A stretch of DNA of 64,000 nt from Bacteroidales bacterium (GCA_028282585.1 JANQHR010000047.1:1-64000), one strand, 5' to 3'. Shown: positions 42,848 through 50,933, counted from the first letter of the stretch. Notes: generated by a model not told the origin, from the letters alone. A program made the numbers and translations.

Positions 42848-43088
42848 ATGAAAGTATTTGAAATTATGATTGATAAAAAGATATAGTTATGCTACTATAG
42901 CAGAAAAAATTGAAAATACAAATGAGTTTGCCAGGAGAGTAGGAATAATATCACGAGGTATTTTTTTTAATCATTTTGATTATTTAAAAGCATACGAAAT
43001 TGATACTAAGTTTGAAAAGAAGAAAAACTTTTTTGTAATTTCAAATTCTGTTGAAATAGGAGTTATAGAATCTATTCAGGTAATTTAA
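42848..43088 (+). pseudogene. Frameshifted paralog of the preceding HTH regulator
   Basis: MKVFEI start (paralog has MKIFEI) is out of frame with NEFARRVG..SR..FNHFDYLKAYEI. Confidence 0.7.
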
Positions 43089-43116
43089 AATGTTAAATTT
43101 TTATAAAAAATTAAAG

Positions 43117-43258
43117 AGTCCAATTTTATTGGACTGGGTAGGTATTAAATTCGTTCACAGAACGGATGAAAACCATAAGGCGCCAAAGGTAAATATATCC
43201 GTTTTGGGCGGATACTGAAAAGCCTTAAAAGAGTAAGTATTAAACTTAAAAATAAAAA
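43117..43258 (+). repeat. Cassette head module, copy 1 (operator palindrome + promoter + leader)
   Basis: AGTCCAATTTTATTGGACT, TAAATTCG -7-like box and 81-nt leader; repeated at 45126 and 45826. Confidence 0.9.
43161..43241 (+). ncRNA. Candidate structured leader RNA, copy 1
   Basis: AACGGAT/ATCCGTT stem, GATACT/AGTATT stem, loop-loop TAAGGC/GCCTTA complementarity. Confidence 0.6.
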
Positions 43259-43426
43259 ATGGAAAATTTAGAAAATTACGGAGTTGAACTTCTTGACAAA
43301 CAAGGAGTAAAAGAAATTAATGGAGGTAAAGCTTGGCCTTGGTACGTTGCACTAGCGATTTGGATATACGATAATCGAAGTGATATTAAAGAGGGGTGGG
43401 ATTCATATGAACCAAAATATAGTTAG
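43259..43426 (+). CDS. Double-glycine leader peptide 1A (bacteriocin-like precursor)
   Basis: MENLENYGVELLDKQGVKEINGG|KAWPWYVALAIWIYDNRSDIKEGWDSYEPKYS (hand-translated, 55 aa). Confidence 0.85.
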   Translation: MENLENYGVELLDKQGVKEINGGKAWPWYVALAIWIYDNRSDIKEGWDSYEPKYS

Positions 43427-43451
43427 AAATTACTAAAGTAGAAAAGTAGTT

Positions 43452-43616
43452 ATGGAAAATCAAGAAATAAAGTTTATGGAGCTTTCCAATTTGGAAAGAG
43501 AGCAAATTAACGGTGGTGGTGATATTGCAAGGGATCTTGGTTACGCTCTTCATTGGGCATGGGATCATTGGGTACATTTCGCTGCTGATATTTTACCAAA
43601 TACTCGTATGCCATAA
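43452..43616 (+). CDS. Double-glycine leader peptide 1B
   Basis: MENQEIKFMELSNLEREQINGG|GDIARDLGYALHWAWDHWVHFAADILPNTRMP (54 aa). Confidence 0.85.
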   Translation: MENQEIKFMELSNLEREQINGGGDIARDLGYALHWAWDHWVHFAADILPNTRMP

Positions 43617-43633
43617 TATTGTAGTTAAGAATA

Positions 43634-43667
43634 ATCATATCACTTTATAACTATAAAGTGATATGAT
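43634..43667 (+). terminator. Hairpin between peptide pair 1 and the membrane gene
   Basis: 16-bp arms ATCATATCACTTTATA / TATAAAGTGATATGAT. Confidence 0.65.
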
Positions 43668-43688
43668 GTTATTTTATAAATAAAAAAT

Positions 43689-44033
43689 ATGAAAGAAAAA
43701 GTTCTAAAAAAAATAATGCCTTATGGCTATAAAGTGATCGAACATGATGATACAGTATTAATAAAGAGCTATTTTGGTAATTTAAAAATAAGTTACAATA
43801 ATAAATCTTATAGTATAACGAAAAAATTTAATTTTAGTAATTATTCTTTATTGGCTTTTTTAATTTTCTTTTTTATAGTCGTTTATGAGGGTAGACATGA
43901 TATAGATGTAATTATATATGTTATAATTTCCTTAGCTATTATTATGCAAATCTTTTATAATTCAATAATGCTTGAAATAAGAAAAAATAAATTACATTCA
44001 GTTTTAGATGAAATTTTTAATTCTTATGAATAA
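43689..44033 (+). CDS. Small membrane protein (candidate immunity)
   Basis: 114 aa, two TMs, follows peptide pair 1. Confidence 0.65.
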   Translation: MKEKVLKKIMPYGYKVIEHDDTVLIKSYFGNLKISYNNKSYSITKKFNFSNYSLLAFLIFFFIVVYEGRHDIDVIIYVIISLAIIMQIFYNSIMLEIRKNKLHSVLDEIFNSYE

Positions 44034-44110
44034 CTATTTCTGGTGAAGGATTTTTAATACTAAGGCGAATTTTTTATTTATTACCAAATAATTGATCAAT
44101 AATTTTTTTT

Positions 44111-44228
44111 ATGATTTTAGAAGATTTAAGTTTTATCAGAACTGAAAAGATCAGACACTATTAATAAAAATGGTGGAGAAAAAGAACGGTTACTTCTGTT
44201 TGGAGCTTTTGGAATTGGTGTTTGGTAG
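44111..44228 (+). pseudogene. Decayed double-glycine peptide gene
   Basis: MILEDLSF, then a frameshift to ELKRSDTINKNGG|EKERLLLFGAFGIGVW*. Confidence 0.5.
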
Positions 44229-44350
44229 GTTATAATAAATATGAACCGGAGCAGACAAATAAAGATCAGTAGTCATTTTGGAGAAAATTAAGTATGGTCA
44301 TTATTAGCTAATATTGACCATACCATAAATTATTAAATTATTAAATTCGA

Positions 44351-44710
44351 ATGGAGAAAATGGATTTAGTTTTAAATAACGGGCTGATTATTATAGGCTT
44401 ATTGTTGTCTTATTCTATTATGTCACAGGTTTTTTTAAAAAAAGAATTAGGAGGTCAAATAAGGACTAAACTAAAAGAAAATATTTTATTAATCGGATTT
44501 ACATTATATATATTCATTGGAATGTTTTTTGGTTTAGGAATCTTATTTAGTATTGGAATTTCAATAACTGTATTTGGTATTTTAAAGCTTATTCCTAATA
44601 AAATATGGGTAGAGCAGTATTTCCAAGGTTTATATATTACATTACAAGTCGCCTATATTTCAACCATAATAGTATTGTTAATATATTTTATTTTTAAGCT
44701 CATAGTTTAA
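44351..44710 (+). CDS. Small membrane protein (candidate immunity)
   Basis: 119 aa, ~4 TMs, preceded by hairpin TATGGTCA..TGACCATA. Confidence 0.7.
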   Translation: MEKMDLVLNNGLIIIGLLLSYSIMSQVFLKKELGGQIRTKLKENILLIGFTLYIFIGMFFGLGILFSIGISITVFGILKLIPNKIWVEQYFQGLYITLQVAYISTIIVLLIYFIFKLIV

Positions 44711-44910
44711 GCTAGTACAGATAAGGTAATTATTACCCATAATTTGACCTGTAATTCATAGCAAGGTTTATGAGGTTAATAACTTTTACTACAAAAAATT
44801 ACTTTATGTTGTTGATATTGAAATATTTAAAAATAAGATGAAAATGTGACTTATGTGTTCGAAGTTGAAAAATGTACCGATTTATATGTATAATTCATAT
44901 AAATAAAACA

Positions 44911-45010
44911 TTATATTCTATAAGAATTAAGCAAAACACAATTGAATATTCTTTACCAATATAATACAACCAAAAATCATGTATTATTTATTATAGTTGC
45001 TATAGCATTT
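44911..45010 (+). pseudogene. Decayed 5' fragment of hlyD, scar 1
   Basis: NTIEYSL../NTTKNHVLFIIVAIAF resembles HlyD STVEYHLTQNSTKSQVIYITVILAF. Confidence 0.55.
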
Positions 45011-45125
45011 GTTTGTATTTAAGTTTCCGAAAGAATAGTGAATACTTTTAAGATTATTTAAAACATTTATTAGTCATAAGCATATTAATAATTCAAAATG
45101 GTTAAATCATCATGCAAAATGGAAG

Positions 45126-45268
45126 AGTCCAATTTTATTGGACAGGGTGCGTATTAAATTCGTTCACAGAACGGATAAAAATCATAAGGCGCCATAGGTA
45201 AATAAATCCTTTTTAGTCGGATACTGAAAAGCCTTAAAAGAGTAAGTATTGAATTTAAAAATGATAAA
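45126..45268 (+). repeat. Cassette head module, copy 2 (leader RNA 45170-45250)
   Basis: Same palindrome and promoter; leader 74/81 identical to copy 1. Confidence 0.9.
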
Positions 45269-45421
45269 ATGGAAACAAAGGTTAAAGAACTTTCAGAACA
45301 TGAAATTATAAATATTAATGGTGGTGATGGTTTTGCTGAAGATGTTGGAGAAATTATAGGTTTTAGTATTAAATTTAATTATAATGTTTTGAAATGGGTT
45401 TATGACTCTATAATAGGATAA
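45269..45421 (+). CDS. Double-glycine leader peptide 2
   Basis: METKVKELSEHEIININGG|DGFAEDVGEIIGFSIKFNYNVLKWVYDSIIG (50 aa). Confidence 0.85.
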   Translation: METKVKELSEHEIININGGDGFAEDVGEIIGFSIKFNYNVLKWVYDSIIG

Positions 45422-45444
45422 AAGCACTTAATGATTTTTTACGT

Positions 45445-45487
45445 AATACAAGCTTAGGTTTTATTACTAAAAATCTAGGTTTGTATT
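45445..45487 (+). terminator. Hairpin after peptide 2
   Basis: AATACAAGCTTAGGTTTT / AAAATCTAGGTTTGTATT imperfect inverted repeat followed by a T-run. Confidence 0.6.
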
Positions 45488-45516
45488 TTTATAAACTTTT
45501 AATAGATAAAAAAACT

Positions 45517-45633
45517 ATGAAGATTTTTAAGCGGAAAAGAGATTTTATAGTCTTGGTTATAAGCATTATTGTTTCTTTAATAATATTTAAAAATTGGGAG
45601 TTAATAAAGGAATTCTTGAGTTCGTTATTTTAA
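45517..45633 (+). CDS. 38-aa single-TM protein (candidate immunity)
   Basis: MKIFKRKRDFIVLVISIIVSLIIFKNWELIKEFLSSLF; same position in its unit as the other membrane genes. Confidence 0.6.
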   Translation: MKIFKRKRDFIVLVISIIVSLIIFKNWELIKEFLSSLF

Positions 45634-45660
45634 AGATTTCTTAACGGGTAGGATTAGGTT

Positions 45661-45762
45661 ATGGTAGAAAAATACCCGGCAAATATTGTTGGAAGTACTG
45701 CCACATATCATTTATTTAAAAACTCAATCAAAAGACAGGTAATATATAATGCAGTGGTGTAA
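45661..45762 (+). pseudogene. Truncated 5' fragment of hlyD, scar 2
   Basis: MVEKYPANIVGSTATYHLFKNSIKRQVIYNAVV* versus HlyD MNKKVYPTDIVESTVEYHLTQNSTKSQVIYITVI. Confidence 0.75.
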
Positions 45763-45825
45763 AATTTATTATTACTTTGGTTAAGATGCTACTCGTTTTC
45801 TGCATTTTTTAAAAAAAAGGGTGAA

Positions 45826-45967
45826 AGTCCAATTTTATTGGACAGGGTGCTTATTAATTTCGTTCACGAACGGATAAAAACCATAAGGCGCCAAAGGTAA
45901 ATATATCCGTTTTGGGCGGATACTGAAAAGCCTTAAAAGAGTAGGTATTAAACTTAAAAATTATAAA
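45826..45967 (+). repeat. Cassette head module, copy 3 (leader RNA 45869-45949)
   Basis: Same palindrome and promoter; leader 79/81 identical to copy 1. Confidence 0.9.
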
Positions 45968-46141
45968 ATGGAAAATTTAGAAAATTATGGAGTAGTTTCT
46001 TTGGACACGAAAGAAATGCAAGAAACTGAAGGAGGCAACCCTTGGGCAATATTTGCTGCTGGACTTGTTTTAGGTGCTATCATTAGTGATTGGGCAGGCT
46101 TTAAAAATGGAATAATGGATGGAATTGCTGATAATCAATAA
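45968..46141 (+). CDS. Double-glycine leader peptide 3A
   Basis: MENLENYGVVSLDTKEMQETEGG|NPWAIFAAGLVLGAIISDWAGFKNGIMDGIADNQ (57 aa). Confidence 0.87.
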   Translation: MENLENYGVVSLDTKEMQETEGGNPWAIFAAGLVLGAIISDWAGFKNGIMDGIADNQ

Positions 46142-46152
46142 GAATTAATAAT

Positions 46153-46308
46153 ATGGAAAATTTAGAATTATTAAGAATAGAAGAATTAAGTAATATTAAT
46201 GGAGGTGAACCAACAAGAGATACATCGTTTGGATATGATGTAGGTTATGCTATTGGAACAATGCTTACTGCCAAATTTTGGGAAGATTGGTCAATTAGTA
46301 TACTTTAA
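46153..46308 (+). CDS. Double-glycine leader peptide 3B
   Basis: MENLELLRIEELSNINGG|EPTRDTSFGYDVGYAIGTMLTAKFWEDWSISIL (51 aa). Confidence 0.87.
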   Translation: MENLELLRIEELSNINGGEPTRDTSFGYDVGYAIGTMLTAKFWEDWSISIL

Positions 46309-46325
46309 ATAAATTTGTATTACTA

Positions 46326-46363
46326 TTATGTTCCGTAATTTGTTTTATAATTGCGGAACATAA
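46326..46363 (+). terminator. Hairpin after peptide pair 3
   Basis: TTATGTTCCGTAATT / AATTGCGGAACATAA. Confidence 0.65.
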
Positions 46364-46374
46364 ATTACTAATTA

Positions 46375-46593
46375 ATGAAATCAAATATGAAATCAATTCT
46401 ATTAAAATACATAGTTATAATTATAGCAATGTATTTCTTTCATTTAATTATTGCTAATTGGGCTTTTATAAAATCTTTGATTGAAGGCTTTCATCAAAAA
46501 AAGTTTATTTTTCTAGACCTTAAGTTGTTTATTGTAAATTTTTTTGTTGTATTAGCCTTTCTTGTTCTTGACTTATATAAAAAGATCTTTTAA
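46375..46593 (+). CDS. Small two-TM protein (candidate immunity)
   Basis: 72-aa hydrophobic ORF following peptide pair 3. Confidence 0.65.
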   Translation: MKSNMKSILLKYIVIIIAMYFFHLIIANWAFIKSLIEGFHQKKFIFLDLKLFIVNFFVVLAFLVLDLYKKIF

Positions 46594-46612
46594 TATAAAT
46601 AGGGGAAATTGT

Positions 46613-46714
46613 TTATATCTTGCGGCTATTAATGAAAGCACGGCTAAATACCATTTAGCAAAAAACTCAACAAAAAGTCAAATTATTTAAAAAGCCGTAA
46701 TTCTGCCTTTTATT
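46613..46714 (+). pseudogene. Decayed 5' fragment of hlyD, scar 3
   Basis: LYLAAINESTAKYHLAKNSTKSQII*KAVILPFI versus HlyD VYPTDIVESTVEYHLTQNSTKSQVIYITVILAFI. Confidence 0.78.
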
Positions 46715-46993
46715 TATTATAATTACGTTAGTTAACTTGATCAATTTGGTAAGGCGTTTGAAAAATTATCTAAATGAACAGCCTTAATCTGTTATCTGTT
46801 CATTGAATTTTCCAAAAAATATAACAAATTACTATTATGATCCTAATATTATGGAAATGGTAAAATTGTATAAAAGTTTATGTATTACTTTAAAAAAGTA
46901 GATATAAAAGATGAAATTTTAAAATTAAGCCTGTTGAAATTAGGGCAAATTTAGATGATAATGAAGAGTTTTATGAATATTTAACTTATCCAC

Positions 46994-48151
46994 ATGAATA
47001 AAAAAGTATATCCAACAGATATAGTTGAAAGCACAGTCGAATACCATCTAACGCAAAACTCGACCAAAAGCCAGGTAATATATATTACAGTAATTTTAGC
47101 ATTTATTGTTGCCATAGCCTTGTTACCATTTGTTTATATAAATATAACAGTACAAGGAGGTGGTATTGTAAGACCGGTTACAGAAAAAACAGAGGTAAAA
47201 GCATTGGTTTCAGGTAGAGTTGCAAATGTTTTTATAGAGAATGAGCAACAAGTTTTAGAGGGAGATACTGTGTTAATTGTTCAAAGCGATAAATTAAGTA
47301 GTCAGCATAATTTACTTCAAAAACAAATAAAAGAAAAAAGGGATTTTATAAGCGATTTAGAAAAATTGGTAATTCTTAAAGCTTCAACCTTTAATTCAGA
47401 TAAATACCAGGGAGAGTATTTTAAATTCAAAGAACAGATTACACAAGTAAAAAATAAACGAAAAAAAGCAAAAAGAGAACTTGACAGAAACAAAGTTTTA
47501 CTTGAACAAGAGTTTATAAGCAAAAAAGAATACGACGATTTAAATTATCAATACCTATTAGCAGACAATGAATACAATTTGACCGTTACCAATCAGTTAA
47601 GTGTTTGGAAGTCAGATTTAAGTCGTTGCAGGTCAACTATGGAAGACCTAAAATCACAGTTAGAACAACTACAAAAAGAACAAGAGTTTTATGTAATAAA
47701 AGCACCGGTAACCGGTACCATTGAGCAATTTGCAGGGATTTATGAAGGAACCAATATTCAGTCGGGTCAAATTATTGCAGGAATAAGCCCGGAAACCGAT
47801 TTAATTGCAGAAGTTTACATATCACCTAAAGATATCGGTTACCTTAAAGAAGGAACTCCCTTAAATATTCAGGTTGATGCATTTAATTACAACGACTGGG
47901 GAATGATCAAAGGTGAGATTATTAATATTTCAGATGACTATATTTTGCTAGAAAATCAACCGGTGTTTAAAATCCGTTGTAAAATGGAGCAAAATCAACT
48001 TAGCCTGAGAAATGGGATAACAGGAGACGTAAAAAAAGGCATGACTATTAGAGCAAGGTTTTTGTTGGCAAAAAGGTCCTTATACCAGCTATTGTTTGAT
48101 AATGTAAATGACTGGTTAAATCCTGCCCAAAACAACAATTCCAAGAAGTAA
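46994..48151 (+). CDS. HlyD family secretion adaptor of the peptide exporter
   Basis: N-terminal TM, lipoyl-like halves, coiled coil, IKAPVTG and VDAFNYNDWG motifs. Confidence 0.92.
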   Translation: MNKKVYPTDIVESTVEYHLTQNSTKSQVIYITVILAFIVAIALLPFVYINITVQGGGIVRPVTEKTEVKALVSGRVANVFIENEQQVLEGDTVLIVQSDKLSSQHNLLQKQIKEKRDFISDLEKLVILKASTFNSDKYQGEYFKFKEQITQVKNKRKKAKRELDRNKVLLEQEFISKKEYDDLNYQYLLADNEYNLTVTNQLSVWKSDLSRCRSTMEDLKSQLEQLQKEQEFYVIKAPVTGTIEQFAGIYEGTNIQSGQIIAGISPETDLIAEVYISPKDIGYLKEGTPLNIQVDAFNYNDWGMIKGEIINISDDYILLENQPVFKIRCKMEQNQLSLRNGITGDVKKGMTIRARFLLAKRSLYQLLFDNVNDWLNPAQNNNSKK

Positions 48152-48166
48152 TCAACAGATATCAGA

Positions 48167-50347
48167 ATGAAAAAATCAGTAAGAATCAAACAGCATGATA
48201 TTACCGATTGTGGGGCGGCTTGCCTGGCATCCATAGCAGCACATCATGGATTAAAATTACCTATATCAAAAATACGGCAATATGCTTCAACCGATCAAAA
48301 AGGAACCAATGTTTTGGGAGTAATAGAAGCAGCAGAAAAGTTGGGATTTACTGCAAAAGGTGTAAAAGGTCCTTTTGAAAGTTTGTTTAAGATTCCTAAA
48401 CCAACGATCGCACATATCATTGTAAAAGAAAGATTGCACCATTATGTAGTTATATATAAGACAACAAAAAAATATATTATTATTATGGATCCGGGCACAG
48501 GCAGGATTCATAAAAAAACGCATGAGGAATTTAAAAAGGAATGGACAGGTATTTTAATTCTCATTATGCCTGATAAGTCTTTTAAAAAAGGAAATGAAAA
48601 AACTTCCATAACAAAACGTTTCTTTCAATTAATACGCCCGCACAGAACTATCATGATCCAGGCACTTTTTGGAGCCATTATATACAGTATTTTGGGTTTA
48701 TCTACTTCAATCTATGTTGAAAAAATAGTTGATTATGTTTTGGTAGATGGTAATTTAAACTTGCTTAACCTTCTAAGCACAATTATGATTGCTTTATTAC
48801 TCTTGCGAGTTTATATCGGAGTGATGAAAAGTATTTTTGCCTTGAAAACGGGACAAAAGATGGATGCCGCTTTAATATTGGGTTATTACAAACACCTGAT
48901 GAGACTTCCTCAACGTTTTTTTGATACTATGCGAACAGGGGAAGTCATTTCAAGAATAAATGATGCAGTTAAAATACGAACATTTATTAACAATGTATCG
49001 CTCGATTTGGCTGTTAATGTCATGATCGTATTTTTCACCTTTTCGTTAATGTTTATTTACTCCTGGAAGTTAGCTTTAATTGTTTTGGCGGCTATTCCGT
49101 TATATATTGTAATTTATCTTATTTATAATAAGTTAAATAAGAAATACCTGCGAAGAAATATGGAAAATGCTGCAGAACTAGAATCACAACTGGTTGAGTC
49201 CATCAATGCATCATCTACCATTAAAAGATTTGGATTGGAGAAATTTGCCAATTTAAAAACAGAGACTCGTTTTATAAAGTTATTAAGTTCCACTTATCAT
49301 TCTGTAAAAAATTCCATCTTTTCAAGTAGTTCGACTACTTTTATAGCAGGTGCAGTCACAATAGCCGTTCTTTGGATAGGTTCTAGGAGTGTAGTAAGTC
49401 AGGAAATGACTCCGGGTGAATTAATGTCTTTTTATGCTTTAATAGGTTATATTCTAAGTCCACTTGCAGGTTTAATTGATACTAACAAGGTGGTTCAGGA
49501 TGCTTTGATTGCAGCAGACCGCTTATTTCAGATCATGGATTTGGAGATGGAAGAAACAGAGAAAGAAAAGATGATATTGACACCTGATATGATAGGAGAT
49601 ATTAATTTCAAAAATGTATCCTTTAGGTATGGCTCCAGAGTTACCGTTTTTGAAAACCTGGATTTAACGATTCAAAAGAATAAAATGACAGCCATAGTCG
49701 GTGAAAGTGGTTCGGGTAAAACAACGCTTATATCACTGTTACAAAACATTTATCCTTTGCAATCCGGGAATATTGAATTCGGAAAATATAACCTTAACTA
49801 CATAAGTAATGAAAGCCTTAGGGAAATGGTAAGTGTTGTTCCTCAAAAGATTGATTTATTTGCAGGCAGTATACTTGAGAATATAGCCATTGGAGATTTA
49901 GAGCCTGATATGAAAAGAACAATAGATATTTGCCAATCATTAGGAATTATGAAGTTTATCGAGAAGCTACCAGGTGGTTTTCAAACCTATGTTGGAGAGA
50001 ATGGAGTTTCACTTTCAGGAGGTGAAAAGCAAAGAATTGCTATTGCTCGGGCTTTATATAAGAATCCGGAAGTATTAATATTAGATGAGGCTACATCCTC
50101 ACTTGACTCTGCTTCAGAACAATATGTTCAACAAGCCATACAATATTTAAAAAATCAAAATAAGACCATAATCGTCATTGCTCATAGATTAAGTACCGTA
50201 ATGAATGCAGATGAAATCTTTGTTCTAAATGAAGGTAAGGTAGTTGAAAATGGAGATCATCAGGAACTAATTGATGGAAGAGGATTTTATTATAATTTAT
50301 GGAAACAACAATTTCCAATGTTAAAAGAGTTAGAATTAATGCATTGA
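48167..50347 (+). CDS. Peptidase-containing ABC transporter (C39 PCAT)
   Basis: QHDITDCGAACL and HYVV C39 motifs, TMD, GESGSGKT, LSGGEKQR. Confidence 0.96.
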   Translation: MKKSVRIKQHDITDCGAACLASIAAHHGLKLPISKIRQYASTDQKGTNVLGVIEAAEKLGFTAKGVKGPFESLFKIPKPTIAHIIVKERLHHYVVIYKTTKKYIIIMDPGTGRIHKKTHEEFKKEWTGILILIMPDKSFKKGNEKTSITKRFFQLIRPHRTIMIQALFGAIIYSILGLSTSIYVEKIVDYVLVDGNLNLLNLLSTIMIALLLLRVYIGVMKSIFALKTGQKMDAALILGYYKHLMRLPQRFFDTMRTGEVISRINDAVKIRTFINNVSLDLAVNVMIVFFTFSLMFIYSWKLALIVLAAIPLYIVIYLIYNKLNKKYLRRNMENAAELESQLVESINASSTIKRFGLEKFANLKTETRFIKLLSSTYHSVKNSIFSSSSTTFIAGAVTIAVLWIGSRSVVSQEMTPGELMSFYALIGYILSPLAGLIDTNKVVQDALIAADRLFQIMDLEMEETEKEKMILTPDMIGDINFKNVSFRYGSRVTVFENLDLTIQKNKMTAIVGESGSGKTTLISLLQNIYPLQSGNIEFGKYNLNYISNESLREMVSVVPQKIDLFAGSILENIAIGDLEPDMKRTIDICQSLGIMKFIEKLPGGFQTYVGENGVSLSGGEKQRIAIARALYKNPEVLILDEATSSLDSASEQYVQQAIQYLKNQNKTIIVIAHRLSTVMNADEIFVLNEGKVVENGDHQELIDGRGFYYNLWKQQFPMLKELELMH

Positions 50348-50455
50348 CCATAAGGGTTTAGTTTTAAAAGCCACAGAACTCATCTTATTGCTGGTATTGA
50401 TAAGGTTTATCGAGTTTTACAGGGAAGAAGATGAGCAAAACTATTTGAGATTTGT

Positions 50456-50839
50456 ATGGATAAGAAGCAAAAAACATATTTGATATTATCGATTTTTATT
50501 GTATTTACGGCACTTTTATTGACCTATTTGTATAGGCCATTTATTGTATAACAATAATATTAATGATTATGGATTTGCTGATGCAATTGGAAGTTTAGCA
50601 TCGGTTATTGCAGTATGTTTTTTCCTTTGGTCTTTTAAAAATTACCCTAACAGTGAAAAAAACAAACATATTATATTGGCTATGCTCGTTTATACAGTTA
50701 TTTGGGAGCGTTAGGCTTAATAGGTGTTCATGGTACTTTTGATTGGAAGGATATAATTGCAGTATTTATAAGTGGTGGTTTGGCATATTTATTAAAATAA
50801 ATTATAGAAAAAAGAGTTTCACATATTACTAAACTATAA
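50456..50839 (+). pseudogene. Degraded small membrane protein gene
   Basis: MDKKQKTYLILS...YRPFI / NDYGFADAIGS...IWE / GVHGTFDWKDIIA segments lie in different frames; internal stop. Confidence 0.6.
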
Positions 50840-50933
50840 TGTTCAAGAATTAGACGTAACAATATTTGCATTAATTCATCTATGCAAATTATATAACCAT
50901 AGTTCAATGAGCATACGGTACATTATAAATTAT

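Noticed and set aside
43161-43241. Leader as a hammerhead or other known self-cleaving ribozyme
   Set aside because: CTGAAAAG only resembles CUGANGA, and the required stem II/GAAA/stem III arrangement is not evident; twister and pistol consensus were not matched by eye
43386-43577. 63-aa minus-strand ORF in the ORF track
   Set aside because: Antisense shadow of GG peptides 1A and 1B on the plus strand
43117-45967. Triple ~142-bp repeat as a CRISPR array
   Set aside because: Repeats are far too long, the intervening DNA is 0.55-1.9 kb and gene-coding, and no cas genes are present
43259-46308. Lanthipeptide, sactipeptide or other modified RiPP cluster
   Set aside because: Cores lack Cys and no LanB/C/M, radical SAM or YcaO gene is in the locus; modification in trans cannot be excluded
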